NCBI GenBank assembly: GCA_902784805.1
Contig: CACZWD010000014.1
Coordinates: forward strand, 1-56,298
Direction: 5' to 3'
DNA: 56,298 nt
Source: an uncultured Ruminococcus sp.
GTDB taxonomy: Bacteria; Bacillota; Clostridia; RUG12999
Under the pieces are notes generated by a model. The model saw only the letters and a list, made by a program, of their open reading frames with translations, was not told where the DNA came from and ran no database searches. Position numbers and translations under genes: made by a program. Shown piece by piece: positions 18,417 through 27,013 of the stretch; within the stretch, counting starts at the first letter, position 1, and each line of letters opens with the position of its first letter.

Positions 18417-18445
18417 ATTATACTCTACAAAAGACTTTTTGTCAA
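18417..18445 (-). promoter_or_regulatory. Consensus sigma-A promoter upstream of the HD-GYP gene
   Basis: Minus strand reads TTGACA (18445-18440), a 17-nt spacer, then TATAAT (18422-18417). Confidence 0.65.
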
Positions 18446-18492
18446 GAATTTTGATATAGTTTCGTATAAAACGTCGGATATTTTATTACCAA

Positions 18493-18532
18493 AAATGTTA
18501 TTTTTTGTCTTTTTCCACAAAAAACAACATTT
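18493..18532. repeat. 16-bp A/T-rich inverted repeat (15/16) between divergent promoters
   Basis: AAATGTTATTTTTTGT (18493-18508), an 8-nt loop, then ACAAAAAACAACATTT (18517-18532), with one mismatch. Confidence 0.7.
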
Positions 18533-18586
18533 CTTATATTATTAATATATTATTCCCGCAATAATATTAAAAATTTTTCTTATGCC

Positions 18587-18615
18587 TTGACCGCGCGGTC
18601 TTTTTGTGGTAAAAT
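18587..18615 (+). promoter_or_regulatory. Sigma-A promoter for the methyltransferase-ecf operon
   Basis: TTGACC (18587-18592), a 17-nt spacer, then TAAAAT (18610-18615), preceded by TGG (extended -10). Confidence 0.6.
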
Positions 18616-18731
18616 AATATAGATAAAAGGGACTCAAACCCTGCACGGTTTTAAAAGGCAAGTTTATGTTAGTACTGTGTCAAACTTTTAAATTTTGCGT
18701 TAAAGAAAAAATATTGGGTGGAATAGTTAAA

Positions 18732-19601
18732 ATGTGGCTTTCTGATAAATGGACGGATTTTGAAATTATTGACGCCGGCGGCGGTGAAAAATTGGAACGC
18801 TGGGGAAATATTATCCTTTGCAGACCTGACCCGCAGGTTATCTGGAACGAAAAAACAAAGCCTTTTCTCTTTAAAAAAGCCGACGCGCGTTATATAAGAA
18901 GCAGCGAAGGCGGAGGGCATTGGCAATTTAACAAAAAGCTCCCCGAAAGCTGGCAGATAAAATACGGTGATATGCGCTTTACCATAAAACCTACAGGCTT
19001 TAAGCACACGGGGCTTTTCCCCGAACAAGCCGCAAATTGGGATTTTATAATAAACAAAATACGTAAAGCCGGCCGTCCCGTAAAGGTGCTTAACCTTTTT
19101 GCCTATACGGGAGGCGCAACCGTTGCCGCCGCATACGCGGGTGCCGAAGAAGTCGTACACGTTGACGCTTCAAAGGGTATGACGGCTCAGGCAAAGGAAA
19201 ACGTTGCCGCAAGCGGTCTGAGTGAAAAATATGTGCGCTTTATTGTTGATGATGTATTAAAATTCACACACCGCGAAGCACGCAGAGGCAGAAAATACGA
19301 CGCTGTTATAATGGACCCCCCTTCATACGGCAGAGGTCCCGGCGGTGAAGTCTGGAAGTTTGAGGATGAGCTTTTCGGACTCATAAATGCCTGTATGAAA
19401 ATTTTATCGGATAAGCCGCTGTTTTTTATAATCAATTCCTACACGACGGGAATATCGCCGACAGTCGTTTCAAATATTCTAACCCTGACACTGAAAAAAA
19501 AGTGGGGCGGCGCTGCCGTGTCCGATGAAATCGGGCTTCCGATAACCTCGTCCGGGCTTATACTCCCCTGCGGAGCAACCTCACGGTGGGTAGCCGATTA
19601 A
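18732..19601 (+). CDS. Class I SAM-dependent (rRNA-type, RlmI/RlmK-like) methyltransferase
   Basis: The ORF in the track is 18666..19601. I prefer the ATG at 18732 (GGTGGA RBS), giving MWLSDKWTDFEIIDAGGGEKLERWG.... It has the SAM-binding LNLFAYTGGATVAAA and DPPSYGRG motifs. Confidence 0.7.
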   Translation: MWLSDKWTDFEIIDAGGGEKLERWGNIILCRPDPQVIWNEKTKPFLFKKADARYIRSSEGGGHWQFNKKLPESWQIKYGDMRFTIKPTGFKHTGLFPEQAANWDFIINKIRKAGRPVKVLNLFAYTGGATVAAAYAGAEEVVHVDASKGMTAQAKENVAASGLSEKYVRFIVDDVLKFTHREARRGRKYDAVIMDPPSYGRGPGGEVWKFEDELFGLINACMKILSDKPLFFIINSYTTGISPTVVSNILTLTLKKKWGGAAVSDEIGLPITSSGLILPCGATSRWVAD

Positions 19602-19620
19602 ATTCACGGAGGAACCGTAA

Positions 19621-20454
19621 TTGATAGAAATAAATAATCTTACATTTACTTACGATACATGCCGGGAGCCCGCTCTTGACGGTATCAATCTCACAATAAA
19701 AGAAGGAGAGTTCGTTGCCGTTCTCGGTCACAACGGCAGCGGAAAATCAACCCTCGCAAAGCATTTAAACGCCATCCTTTTGCCTTCGGGCGGCACTGTT
19801 TACGCCGACGGCATAAACACGGCGGATATTAAGCGGCTTGCGGAGCTTCGCAGGCTTGTCGGTATGGTTTTTCAAAATCCCGATAATCAGATCGTTGCCT
19901 CCGTTGTTGAGGAGGATGTGGCATTCGGACCGGAAAATCTCGGTATGCCTTCCGAAAAAATCCGTGAGCGTGTTGATTACGCTCTTAAAACCGTCGGAAT
20001 GTACGAAATGCGGAATATGGCGCCCTATAATCTTTCCGGCGGGCAAAAGCAGCGTGTGGCGATTGCCGGAATAATTGCGATGCAGCCCAGATATATTGTG
20101 TTTGACGAGCCGACGGCTATGCTTGATCCAAAAGGCAGGCAGGAGGTTATGCAGGCTATAAAGGCTCTTAACAGCGAGCAGGGTATAACAACGGTTATAA
20201 TAACGCACTATATGGACGAAGCCGCCGAAGCGGAACGAATTGTCGTAATAGACCATGGCAAGGTGATTATTGACGATACGCCGCGTATGGCATTCGCGAA
20301 TGTTGCTCTTTTAAAAAAACTTGGTTTAGATGTTCCTCAGGTTACGGAGCTGATGTTCAGGCTCCGCGGCGAAGGAATCGCTCTTGAATACAATAAGCTT
20401 ACGGTTGACGAATGTGCGGAGGAGCTTAAAAAAGCTCTTAAAAAACAAGTCTGA
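19621..20454 (+). CDS. ecfA1: ECF transporter ATPase EcfA1
   Basis: 277-aa ABC ATPase (GHNGSGKST, LSGGQKQR, IVFDEPT) that is first of the ecfA-ecfA-ecfT triad. TTG start after GGAGGAA. Confidence 0.9.
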   Translation: MIEINNLTFTYDTCREPALDGINLTIKEGEFVAVLGHNGSGKSTLAKHLNAILLPSGGTVYADGINTADIKRLAELRRLVGMVFQNPDNQIVASVVEEDVAFGPENLGMPSEKIRERVDYALKTVGMYEMRNMAPYNLSGGQKQRVAIAGIIAMQPRYIVFDEPTAMLDPKGRQEVMQAIKALNSEQGITTVIITHYMDEAAEAERIVVIDHGKVIIDDTPRMAFANVALLKKLGLDVPQVTELMFRLRGEGIALEYNKLTVDECAEELKKALKKQV

Positions 20455-20475
20455 TACGGAAAGGCACAATATAAA

Positions 20476-21351
20476 ATGGATATTAAAACAGAAAATCTTT
20501 CACACATATATATGCCGGGCTCACCTATATCTCACGTGGCGCTTGATAACATTAATCTCGAAATCAAAAACGGCAGCTTTGTCGGGCTTATAGGGCATAC
20601 AGGCAGCGGAAAATCGACTCTTATTCAGCATTTTAACGGGCTTTTAAAGCCTACAAGCGGCAAAGTGCTTCTGGGAGGCAAAGATATAAACGAAAGCCGT
20701 GAAACCTTGAAGCAGCTTCGTTTTAAGGTCGGGCTTGTTTTTCAATATCCCGAATATCAGCTTTTTGACGAAACAGTCGAAGCGGATATTGCTTACGGTC
20801 CAAAAAATATGGAGCTTACGGAAGCCGAAATAAAAGAACGTGTTTTTGAAGCAATAAACTATGTTTCGCTTGATGAAGCACTTCTTAAAAAATCTCCTTT
20901 TGAGCTTTCGGGCGGGCAAAGGCGCCGTGCGGCAATAGCCGGCATACTTGCTCTGCGTCCCGAAGTTTTGATTCTTGATGAGCCGACGGCAGGGCTTGAC
21001 CCGAAGGGCAGAGACGATATTCTCTCGAATATATCACGGCTTCAAAAGGAGCGCGGAATAACTGTCATTCTTGTATCTCACAGTATGGAAGATGTCGCGA
21101 AGGTCTGTGAAAGCGTAATTGTAATGAACAAAGGTACCGTCGCTATGCAAGGCAGTGTCCGGGACGTTTTCAGGGAAAGCGAAACGCTGAAAAAGCTTCA
21201 GCTTAACGTACCGCAGATAACACAGCTTGTATTGAAGCTCCGCCGGGAGGGTTATAATCTTCCAGATGATATTTACACAACAGATAAGGCTTTTGAAGAG
21301 TTTTTAAAGCTGATAAAAAAATCGCCAAATCAGAAAGGTTCGGTCGGATAA
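20476..21351 (+). CDS. ecfA2: ECF transporter ATPase EcfA2
   Basis: 291-aa ABC ATPase (GHTGSGKST, LSGGQRRR, LILDEPT). Confidence 0.9.
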   Translation: MDIKTENLSHIYMPGSPISHVALDNINLEIKNGSFVGLIGHTGSGKSTLIQHFNGLLKPTSGKVLLGGKDINESRETLKQLRFKVGLVFQYPEYQLFDETVEADIAYGPKNMELTEAEIKERVFEAINYVSLDEALLKKSPFELSGGQRRRAAIAGILALRPEVLILDEPTAGLDPKGRDDILSNISRLQKERGITVILVSHSMEDVAKVCESVIVMNKGTVAMQGSVRDVFRESETLKKLQLNVPQITQLVLKLRREGYNLPDDIYTTDKAFEEFLKLIKKSPNQKGSVG

Positions 21352-21352
21352 A

Positions 21353-22165
21353 ATGATAACGGATATAACCCTCGGTCAGTACATACCGGGAAACTCAATA
21401 CTTCACAGGCTCGACCCGAGAACAAAAATACTGCTTACCTTTGCTTTTATTGCCGTTGTTTTTATTACAGAAAACATTATCGGCTATGTTCTTATCGGCT
21501 TTTTGCTCGCGCTTCTTATAAAAATGTCGGGCATACCTTTTAAATTTATTTTAAAAAGCTTAAAGCCTATATATTTTTTTGTAATATTTACAGCGCTCTT
21601 AAACCTTTTTATGACAGGCGGAAAATATATTGTTTCATTCGGAATATTCCATATAAGCCGTGAAGGGATAATTTTGGCGGCGACAATGGCTTTGAGGCTT
21701 ATTTTCCTTGTGGCGGGAACTTCACTTTTAACCTATACGACCTCCCCCATAGTGCTTACCGACGGCATAGAAGCTCTTTTAAAGCCGCTTGAAAAAATAA
21801 AATTTCCCGCCCATGAGCTTGCCATGATGATGACAATCGCTCTGCGTTTTATACCTACCATAATCGAAGAAACCGACAAAATAATGAAAGCGCAGTCGGC
21901 AAGAGGAGCGGATTTTGATACCGGCGGTTTAATTAAAAAAGCGAAAGCTATGATTCCGCTTTTGATTCCGCTTTTTATAAGCTCTTTCAGAAGGGCGGAC
22001 GAGCTTGCCCTTGCTATGGAGTGCAGAGGATACCACGGCGGCGAAGGAAGGACAAAGCTTAAAGAACTGAGGTTTAAAAAATTAGATTTAACCGCGTTTT
22101 TGGTTTTTACTTTGCTTGCCGCATTATGTATTTTTGTTGGTAAATTTAACCTTTTTTATATTTAG
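21353..22165 (+). CDS. ecfT: ECF transporter transmembrane component EcfT
   Basis: 270-aa membrane ORF (HRLDPRTKIL..., ARGADF, conserved Arg-rich coupling helices) that follows the two ecfA genes. Confidence 0.9.
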   Translation: MITDITLGQYIPGNSILHRLDPRTKILLTFAFIAVVFITENIIGYVLIGFLLALLIKMSGIPFKFILKSLKPIYFFVIFTALLNLFMTGGKYIVSFGIFHISREGIILAATMALRLIFLVAGTSLLTYTTSPIVLTDGIEALLKPLEKIKFPAHELAMMMTIALRFIPTIIEETDKIMKAQSARGADFDTGGLIKKAKAMIPLLIPLFISSFRRADELALAMECRGYHGGEGRTKLKELRFKKLDLTAFLVFTLLAALCIFVGKFNLFYI

Positions 22166-22197
22166 ATTTTTTGCGCCGAAAGGTATGGTAACCCGAT

Positions 22198-22881
22198 ATG
22201 AGAAACATAAAACTACATCTGATGTACGACGGCACAGCCTATCACGGCTGGCAGATGCAAAAAAATGTCATAACCGTTCAGCAGGTTGTCGAAGAAGGTC
22301 TCAGCAAGATTTTCGGCGGAAACCGTGTTGTTGTGCACGGCTGCAGCCGCACAGACGCCGGTGTACACGCAAGAGATTATGTTTGCAGCTTTTTCACCGA
22401 AGCGAAAATTCCTGCCGAAAAAATCCCTTTTGCGCTGAATACCTGTATGCCGCCCGATGTACGCGCTACCTTTGCGGAGGATATGCCCGAAACCTTTCAC
22501 GCGCAGTTCAGCGCAAAATCGAAAATATATTCATACACGGTTTTAAAAATCGACATTGAAAAAATCCGTTACGCGGCAGCGTTGCTGGAAGGAAAGCACG
22601 ATTTCAGAACGTTTATGTCAATTGACGCGACGCAGACCGTTTTTGTAAAAAATATGTACAGCATAAACGTAAGCAGGGAAGGCGATTTAATAACCTTCGC
22701 GCTTCATGCGGACGGCTACCTTTACAATATGGTACGAATAATTTGCGGCACACTTGTTTTTATGGGCTCGGGAGTATTAAACTACCTTGATATGCCTCAG
22801 GTGCTTGCCTCTCTTGACCGCAGACGGGCGGGTATGACCGCCCCGCCGCAGGGACTTGTACTTGAAAAAGTGTTCTATTAA
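22198..22881 (+). CDS. truA: tRNA pseudouridine(38-40) synthase TruA (short form, internal segment missing)
   Basis: 227 aa. MRNIKLHLMYDGTAYHGWQMQ...GCSRTDAGVHA (catalytic Asp) ...GYLYNMVRII. It is about 18 aa shorter than usual, between FHAQFSAKSKIYSY and IEKIRYAAALLEGKHDF. Confidence 0.85.
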   Translation: MRNIKLHLMYDGTAYHGWQMQKNVITVQQVVEEGLSKIFGGNRVVVHGCSRTDAGVHARDYVCSFFTEAKIPAEKIPFALNTCMPPDVRATFAEDMPETFHAQFSAKSKIYSYTVLKIDIEKIRYAAALLEGKHDFRTFMSIDATQTVFVKNMYSINVSREGDLITFALHADGYLYNMVRIICGTLVFMGSGVLNYLDMPQVLASLDRRRAGMTAPPQGLVLEKVFY

Positions 22882-22916
22882 AGGGAAGAAATTAATCCTT
22901 TACCATAAAAAAACCA

Positions 22917-22946
22917 TTGAATTTATGCATATTTTTATTGTATAAT
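22917..22946 (+). promoter_or_regulatory. Sigma-A promoter for lon
   Basis: TTGAAT (22917-22922), an 18-nt spacer, then TATAAT (22941-22946). No CIRCE or CtsR box seen. Confidence 0.55.
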
Positions 22947-22990
22947 GAATTTAACCCGATATTTACCGTAAAATTTAAGGAGGAATCCAA

Positions 22991-25411
22991 ATGATAAAAC
23001 AGAAAAAAACAACTCTGCCTATGATTCCGCTTCGTGGGCTTGTAGTTCTGCCATATATGATTTTGCATTTTGATGTGGGAAGGCAAAAATCAATAAAAGC
23101 CCTTGAAGAAGCGCTTGCGACAAATCAGCTTATTTTTTTGGTAACTCAAATTAATGAAAATGTTAAAGAACCCGATATGTCACAGCTTTACAAAACAGGA
23201 ACAATCGCAAAGGTTTCGCAGATACTCCGTATGCCGGGAAACGTAATACGTGTTCTTGTTGAAGGTATAAGCCGTGCGCAGCTTTGCTCTGTAACGGGAA
23301 CGGATTATTCGGTTGCCGAAATAATTGAATATATGCCGAAAACACTCGATAAAATAGATATAAATACCGAAGCGCTTATCAGAAACGTCCGTGACGTGTG
23401 CGAAAAATATTTTGAAGTTGAAAACAAAGTTTCTCCGGAATCGATTGCCGCTGTTATATCCACTGCCGCGGCTGCCGATGACCCCGGTCGTATGTGCGAC
23501 ATAATAACCGGAAATATTGATCTGCCCATAGCGGACAAGCAAATGATACTTGAAAGCATCGAACCCGAGGAACGCCTTGAAAACCTTGTTTTTATACTTT
23601 CACGTGAGCTTGAGCTTTTAAAGCTTTCAAGCAGAATTGACGAGAAAGTCAAAAAGAACATGGATAAAAACCAACATGACTACTATCTTCGTGAACAGCT
23701 GCAGGTTATTCAGGAAGAGCTTGGCGATAAGGACGGAATAGGCGCGGAGGTCAGAGAATACCGTGAAAAATTTGCCGCGCTCGAACTTCCCGAAGAAGCC
23801 GCGAAAAAAGTTGAAAAAGAGCTTGACAGACTTTTGAAAACGCCTCCCGGCACAGGCGAAGGAACGGTAATAAGAAACTATCTTGATTGGATTGCGGACC
23901 TTCCGTGGAATATAAGCACGGAAGATAATATGGATATTAAAAATGCCGAAAAAATTCTCGAAAGAGACCATTACGGTCTTGAAAAGGTTAAACAGCGTAT
24001 AATTGAATATCTTGCCGTCAGAAAGCTTTCGGGAGGAATAAAAGCTCCCATAATATGCCTTGTCGGACCTCCGGGCGTGGGAAAAACGTCAATAGCGCGT
24101 TCCGTTGCTGAAGCAATGAACAAAAAATACGTCAGGATTTCACTCGGCGGTGTCCGTGACGAAGCGGAAATAAGAGGTCACAGAAGAACCTACCTCGGCT
24201 CAATGCCCGGCAGAATAATATACGCCCTCAAACAAGCCGGAAGCAATAATCCTCTTATGCTTTTCGATGAAATAGATAAGCTTTCAAGCGATATTCACGG
24301 CGATCCTTCATCGGCTATGCTTGAAGTCCTGGACGGTGAGCAAAACAGCACCTTCAGAGATAACTATATTGAGCTTCCGTTTGACCTCAGCAAGGTTACT
24401 TTTATCACAACGGCAAACAGGCTTGATACAATTCCGGGTCCGCTTCTTGACAGAATGGAGGTTATTGAGCTTCCAAGCTATATTGAGGACGAAAAATATA
24501 ACATAGCAAAACGCCATCTTATTCCGAAGCAGCTTAAAATGTACGGTCTTAAAGCGGGAACAGTTAAGTTTACGGACGATGCCGTTCATGATATTATAAA
24601 CTACTATACCCGTGAAGCCGGCGTGAGAAATCTTGAAAGAGAAATCGGCAGCATATGCCGCAAAGCGGCAGCAAAAATAGTGTCGGAAGGCAAAAAAAGC
24701 GTAAAAATAACATCTAAAAATCTTGAAAGCTTTCTCGGCTCACACCGTTTCGGTTACGACCTTATGAAAAAAGAACCCGCAGTCGGAATATCTACGGGGC
24801 TTGCATGGACTCAGGTCGGCGGAGATACTCTTGATATTGAAGTCAATGTTATGGAAGGCAGCGGAAATGTTGAGCTTACGGGGCACCTCGGCGATGTTAT
24901 GAAGGAATCCGCGAAAGCCGCGATAAGCTATATAAGAACAAAAACAGACGAATACGGCATAGATGCGGATTTTTACAAAAACTGTGATATTCATATTCAT
25001 GTTCCCGAAGGCGCAACGCCAAAGGACGGGCCTTCCGCCGGCATTACAATTGCCACGGCGCTTGTTTCGGCGCTTTCCGGGCAGCCCGTAAGAAGCGATG
25101 TTGCAATGACAGGTGAAATTACCCTGCGCGGCAGAGTTTTGCCGATAGGCGGTCTGCGTGAAAAATCGCTTGCGGCGTACCGCAGCGGAATACGAACAAT
25201 TATAATTCCGCAGGATAATTTAAAGGATACCGAAGAAATCCCAGAAAATATCAGAAAAGATATTACCTTTATCCCCGCCTTTTCCATGCAGCAGGTATTA
25301 AACACAGCACTTTGCAAGCTGCCTGTTTATTCGGATATTACAAAAAAGAGTGACGATACGGTTCCAAACGCGTCCGTACATCAAAATGTGGAAATAACAA
25401 ACCGTATTTAG
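22991..25411 (+). CDS. lon: ATP-dependent Lon protease (LonA)
   Basis: 806 aa with a LON N-domain, AAA+ module (GPPGVGKTS) and protease domain (PKDGPSAGITIATAL). AAGGAGG RBS. Confidence 0.95.
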   Translation: MIKQKKTTLPMIPLRGLVVLPYMILHFDVGRQKSIKALEEALATNQLIFLVTQINENVKEPDMSQLYKTGTIAKVSQILRMPGNVIRVLVEGISRAQLCSVTGTDYSVAEIIEYMPKTLDKIDINTEALIRNVRDVCEKYFEVENKVSPESIAAVISTAAAADDPGRMCDIITGNIDLPIADKQMILESIEPEERLENLVFILSRELELLKLSSRIDEKVKKNMDKNQHDYYLREQLQVIQEELGDKDGIGAEVREYREKFAALELPEEAAKKVEKELDRLLKTPPGTGEGTVIRNYLDWIADLPWNISTEDNMDIKNAEKILERDHYGLEKVKQRIIEYLAVRKLSGGIKAPIICLVGPPGVGKTSIARSVAEAMNKKYVRISLGGVRDEAEIRGHRRTYLGSMPGRIIYALKQAGSNNPLMLFDEIDKLSSDIHGDPSSAMLEVLDGEQNSTFRDNYIELPFDLSKVTFITTANRLDTIPGPLLDRMEVIELPSYIEDEKYNIAKRHLIPKQLKMYGLKAGTVKFTDDAVHDIINYYTREAGVRNLEREIGSICRKAAAKIVSEGKKSVKITSKNLESFLGSHRFGYDLMKKEPAVGISTGLAWTQVGGDTLDIEVNVMEGSGNVELTGHLGDVMKESAKAAISYIRTKTDEYGIDADFYKNCDIHIHVPEGATPKDGPSAGITIATALVSALSGQPVRSDVAMTGEITLRGRVLPIGGLREKSLAAYRSGIRTIIIPQDNLKDTEEIPENIRKDITFIPAFSMQQVLNTALCKLPVYSDITKKSDDTVPNASVHQNVEITNRI

Positions 25412-25423
25412 AAAGGAAAGCTT

Positions 25424-26029
25424 ATGAATCTGAATAATCTGTCAATTGAGGTTTCGGCAGTCAGCCCGAAGCAATACCCGACCGGAAACCGCCCCGAAAT
25501 TGCTTTCGCGGGCAGGTCTAATGTTGGTAAGTCATCCTTTCTCAACAAAATGGTCGGCAGAAAAAGTCTTGCGAGAACCAGCGGCAAGCCCGGCAAAACC
25601 GCACAGATAAATTTTTTTAATATTGACGGGCAGGTGTTTTTTGTTGACCTTCCCGGCTATGGCTACGCCGCCGTTTCAAAAGCGGAACAACAGCGCTGGG
25701 GAGCAATGATGGACACATATCTTAACATGAGAAAACAGTTAAGACAGGTGGTTTTACTTGTTGACAGCCGCCACAAGCCCTCAAAAGACGATATTCAGAT
25801 GGCTGAATGGATAAGATACCGCTTCGGCTACCTTATAATTGTCGCTACAAAAATCGATAAGCTTTCGGCAAAACAGCTTGAAGGTAATTTACAGCTCATT
25901 GCCGATACTCTTAAGTTTACGGAAGATGATATTCTTCTCCCCTTTTCGGCGGAAACAGGCAGCGGAAAAGAGGATTGCTGGGAGGTCGTATGTGACACTC
26001 TGGAGGTTGAAATGCCTCAGCTAAGATGA
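25424..26029 (+). CDS. engB: Ribosome-biogenesis GTPase EngB/YsxC
   Basis: 201 aa. GRSNVGKSSFLN, DLPGYGYA, TKIDK. Conserved lon-engB linkage. Confidence 0.9.
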   Translation: MNLNNLSIEVSAVSPKQYPTGNRPEIAFAGRSNVGKSSFLNKMVGRKSLARTSGKPGKTAQINFFNIDGQVFFVDLPGYGYAAVSKAEQQRWGAMMDTYLNMRKQLRQVVLLVDSRHKPSKDDIQMAEWIRYRFGYLIIVATKIDKLSAKQLEGNLQLIADTLKFTEDDILLPFSAETGSGKEDCWEVVCDTLEVEMPQLR

Positions 26030-26053
26030 TTTTTTATTTTATTATAATATTAT

Positions 26054-26092
26054 AAAACGAAGGAACGATGCTGAAAATCGTTCCTTCGTTTT
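26054..26092. terminator. Bidirectional rho-independent terminator (engB / metA convergent)
   Basis: A 12-bp stem, CGAAGGAACGAT (26058-26069) with ATCGTTCCTTCG (26077-26088), flanked by AAAA and TTTT. Confidence 0.8.
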
Positions 26093-26095
26093 ATA

Positions 26096-27013
26096 TCAGG
26101 TTATATCCTCAATGTTATACGGTGTAGTCTGATAAACAAAATAGTTAAGCCAGTTTGAATAAAGCAAATTCGCGTGACTGCGCCAAGTCATAAGAGGCTC
26201 TTTGGTATCGTCATTGTCCGGAAAATAATTTTTCGGCATATCTATACAGAGCCCCATTTCCTTATCCCTTAAATACTCTTTTTTAAGAGTATCGGCGTCA
26301 TATTCGGAATGACCGGTAACAAAAATCTGCCTGCCAAGCTCGGTTGACACAACATATACTCCCGCTTCATCGGACGAAGCAAGGATTTTAAGCTCGCTGT
26401 GCGCCTCAATATCGCTTCTTTCAACCGTTGTGTGCCGTGAATGAGGCACCATAAATTCATCATCAAAGCCGCGGAACAATATAGACTGCTTATAATCCGC
26501 CCTGTGTTTAAAAACTCCGAAAAGCTTTTCGGGAAGCTTTTTTTTCTCTATTCCGTAATGGTAATAAAGCCCCGCCTGCGCGCCCCAGCATATATGAAAT
26601 GTGCTTGTGACATGCTTTTTGCTCCATTCCATTATTTCACAAAGCTCATCCCAATACTCAACTTCTTCAAATTCAAGGTTTTCAACGGGCGCTCCCGTTA
26701 TTATCATACCGTCAAACTTCAAATGCTTTATATCGTCAAAGGTTTTGTAGAAGCTCAGCATATGGTCGCTCGGTGTATGAGAGGCTTTGTGCGACGCCGT
26801 CTGCAAAAACTCAAGCTCCACCTGAAGCGGGGAGTTTCCGAGAAGCCTCGCGAGCTGAGTTTCGGTTGTGATTTTTGTCGGCATAAGATTTAATATCAAA
26901 ATTTTAAGCGGACGTATATCCTGTGTAATCGCGCGCGTTTCGGTAATTACAAAAATATTTTCTTCATGCAGCGTTTTGGTTGCAGGAAGCTTATTTGGGA
27001 TTTTTATTGGCAT
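26096..27013 (-). CDS. metA: Homoserine O-acyltransferase MetA
   Basis: 305 aa. [11 protein letters not shown]...[12 protein letters not shown]...HICWGAQAG, the classical MetA family. Its ATG overlaps the metY stop (TAATG). Confidence 0.9.
   Translation of the reverse strand: MPIKIPNKLPATKTLHEENIFVITETRAITQDIRPLKILILNLMPTKITTETQLARLLGNSPLQVELEFLQTASHKASHTPSDHMLSFYKTFDDIKHLKFDGMIITGAPVENLEFEEVEYWDELCEIMEWSKKHVTSTFHICWGAQAGLYYHYGIEKKKLPEKLFGVFKHRADYKQSILFRGFDDEFMVPHSRHTTVERSDIEAHSELKILASSDEAGVYVVSTELGRQIFVTGHSEYDADTLKKEYLRDKEMGLCIDMPKNYFPDNDDTKEPLMTWRSHANLLYSNWLNYFVYQTTPYNIEDIT

Noticed and set aside
22116-22559. A 147-aa Arg/Cys-rich ORF overlapping the ecfT end and truA.
   Set aside because: It is out of frame with the homologous truA ORF, has no RBS, and its composition is typical of an off-frame translation.
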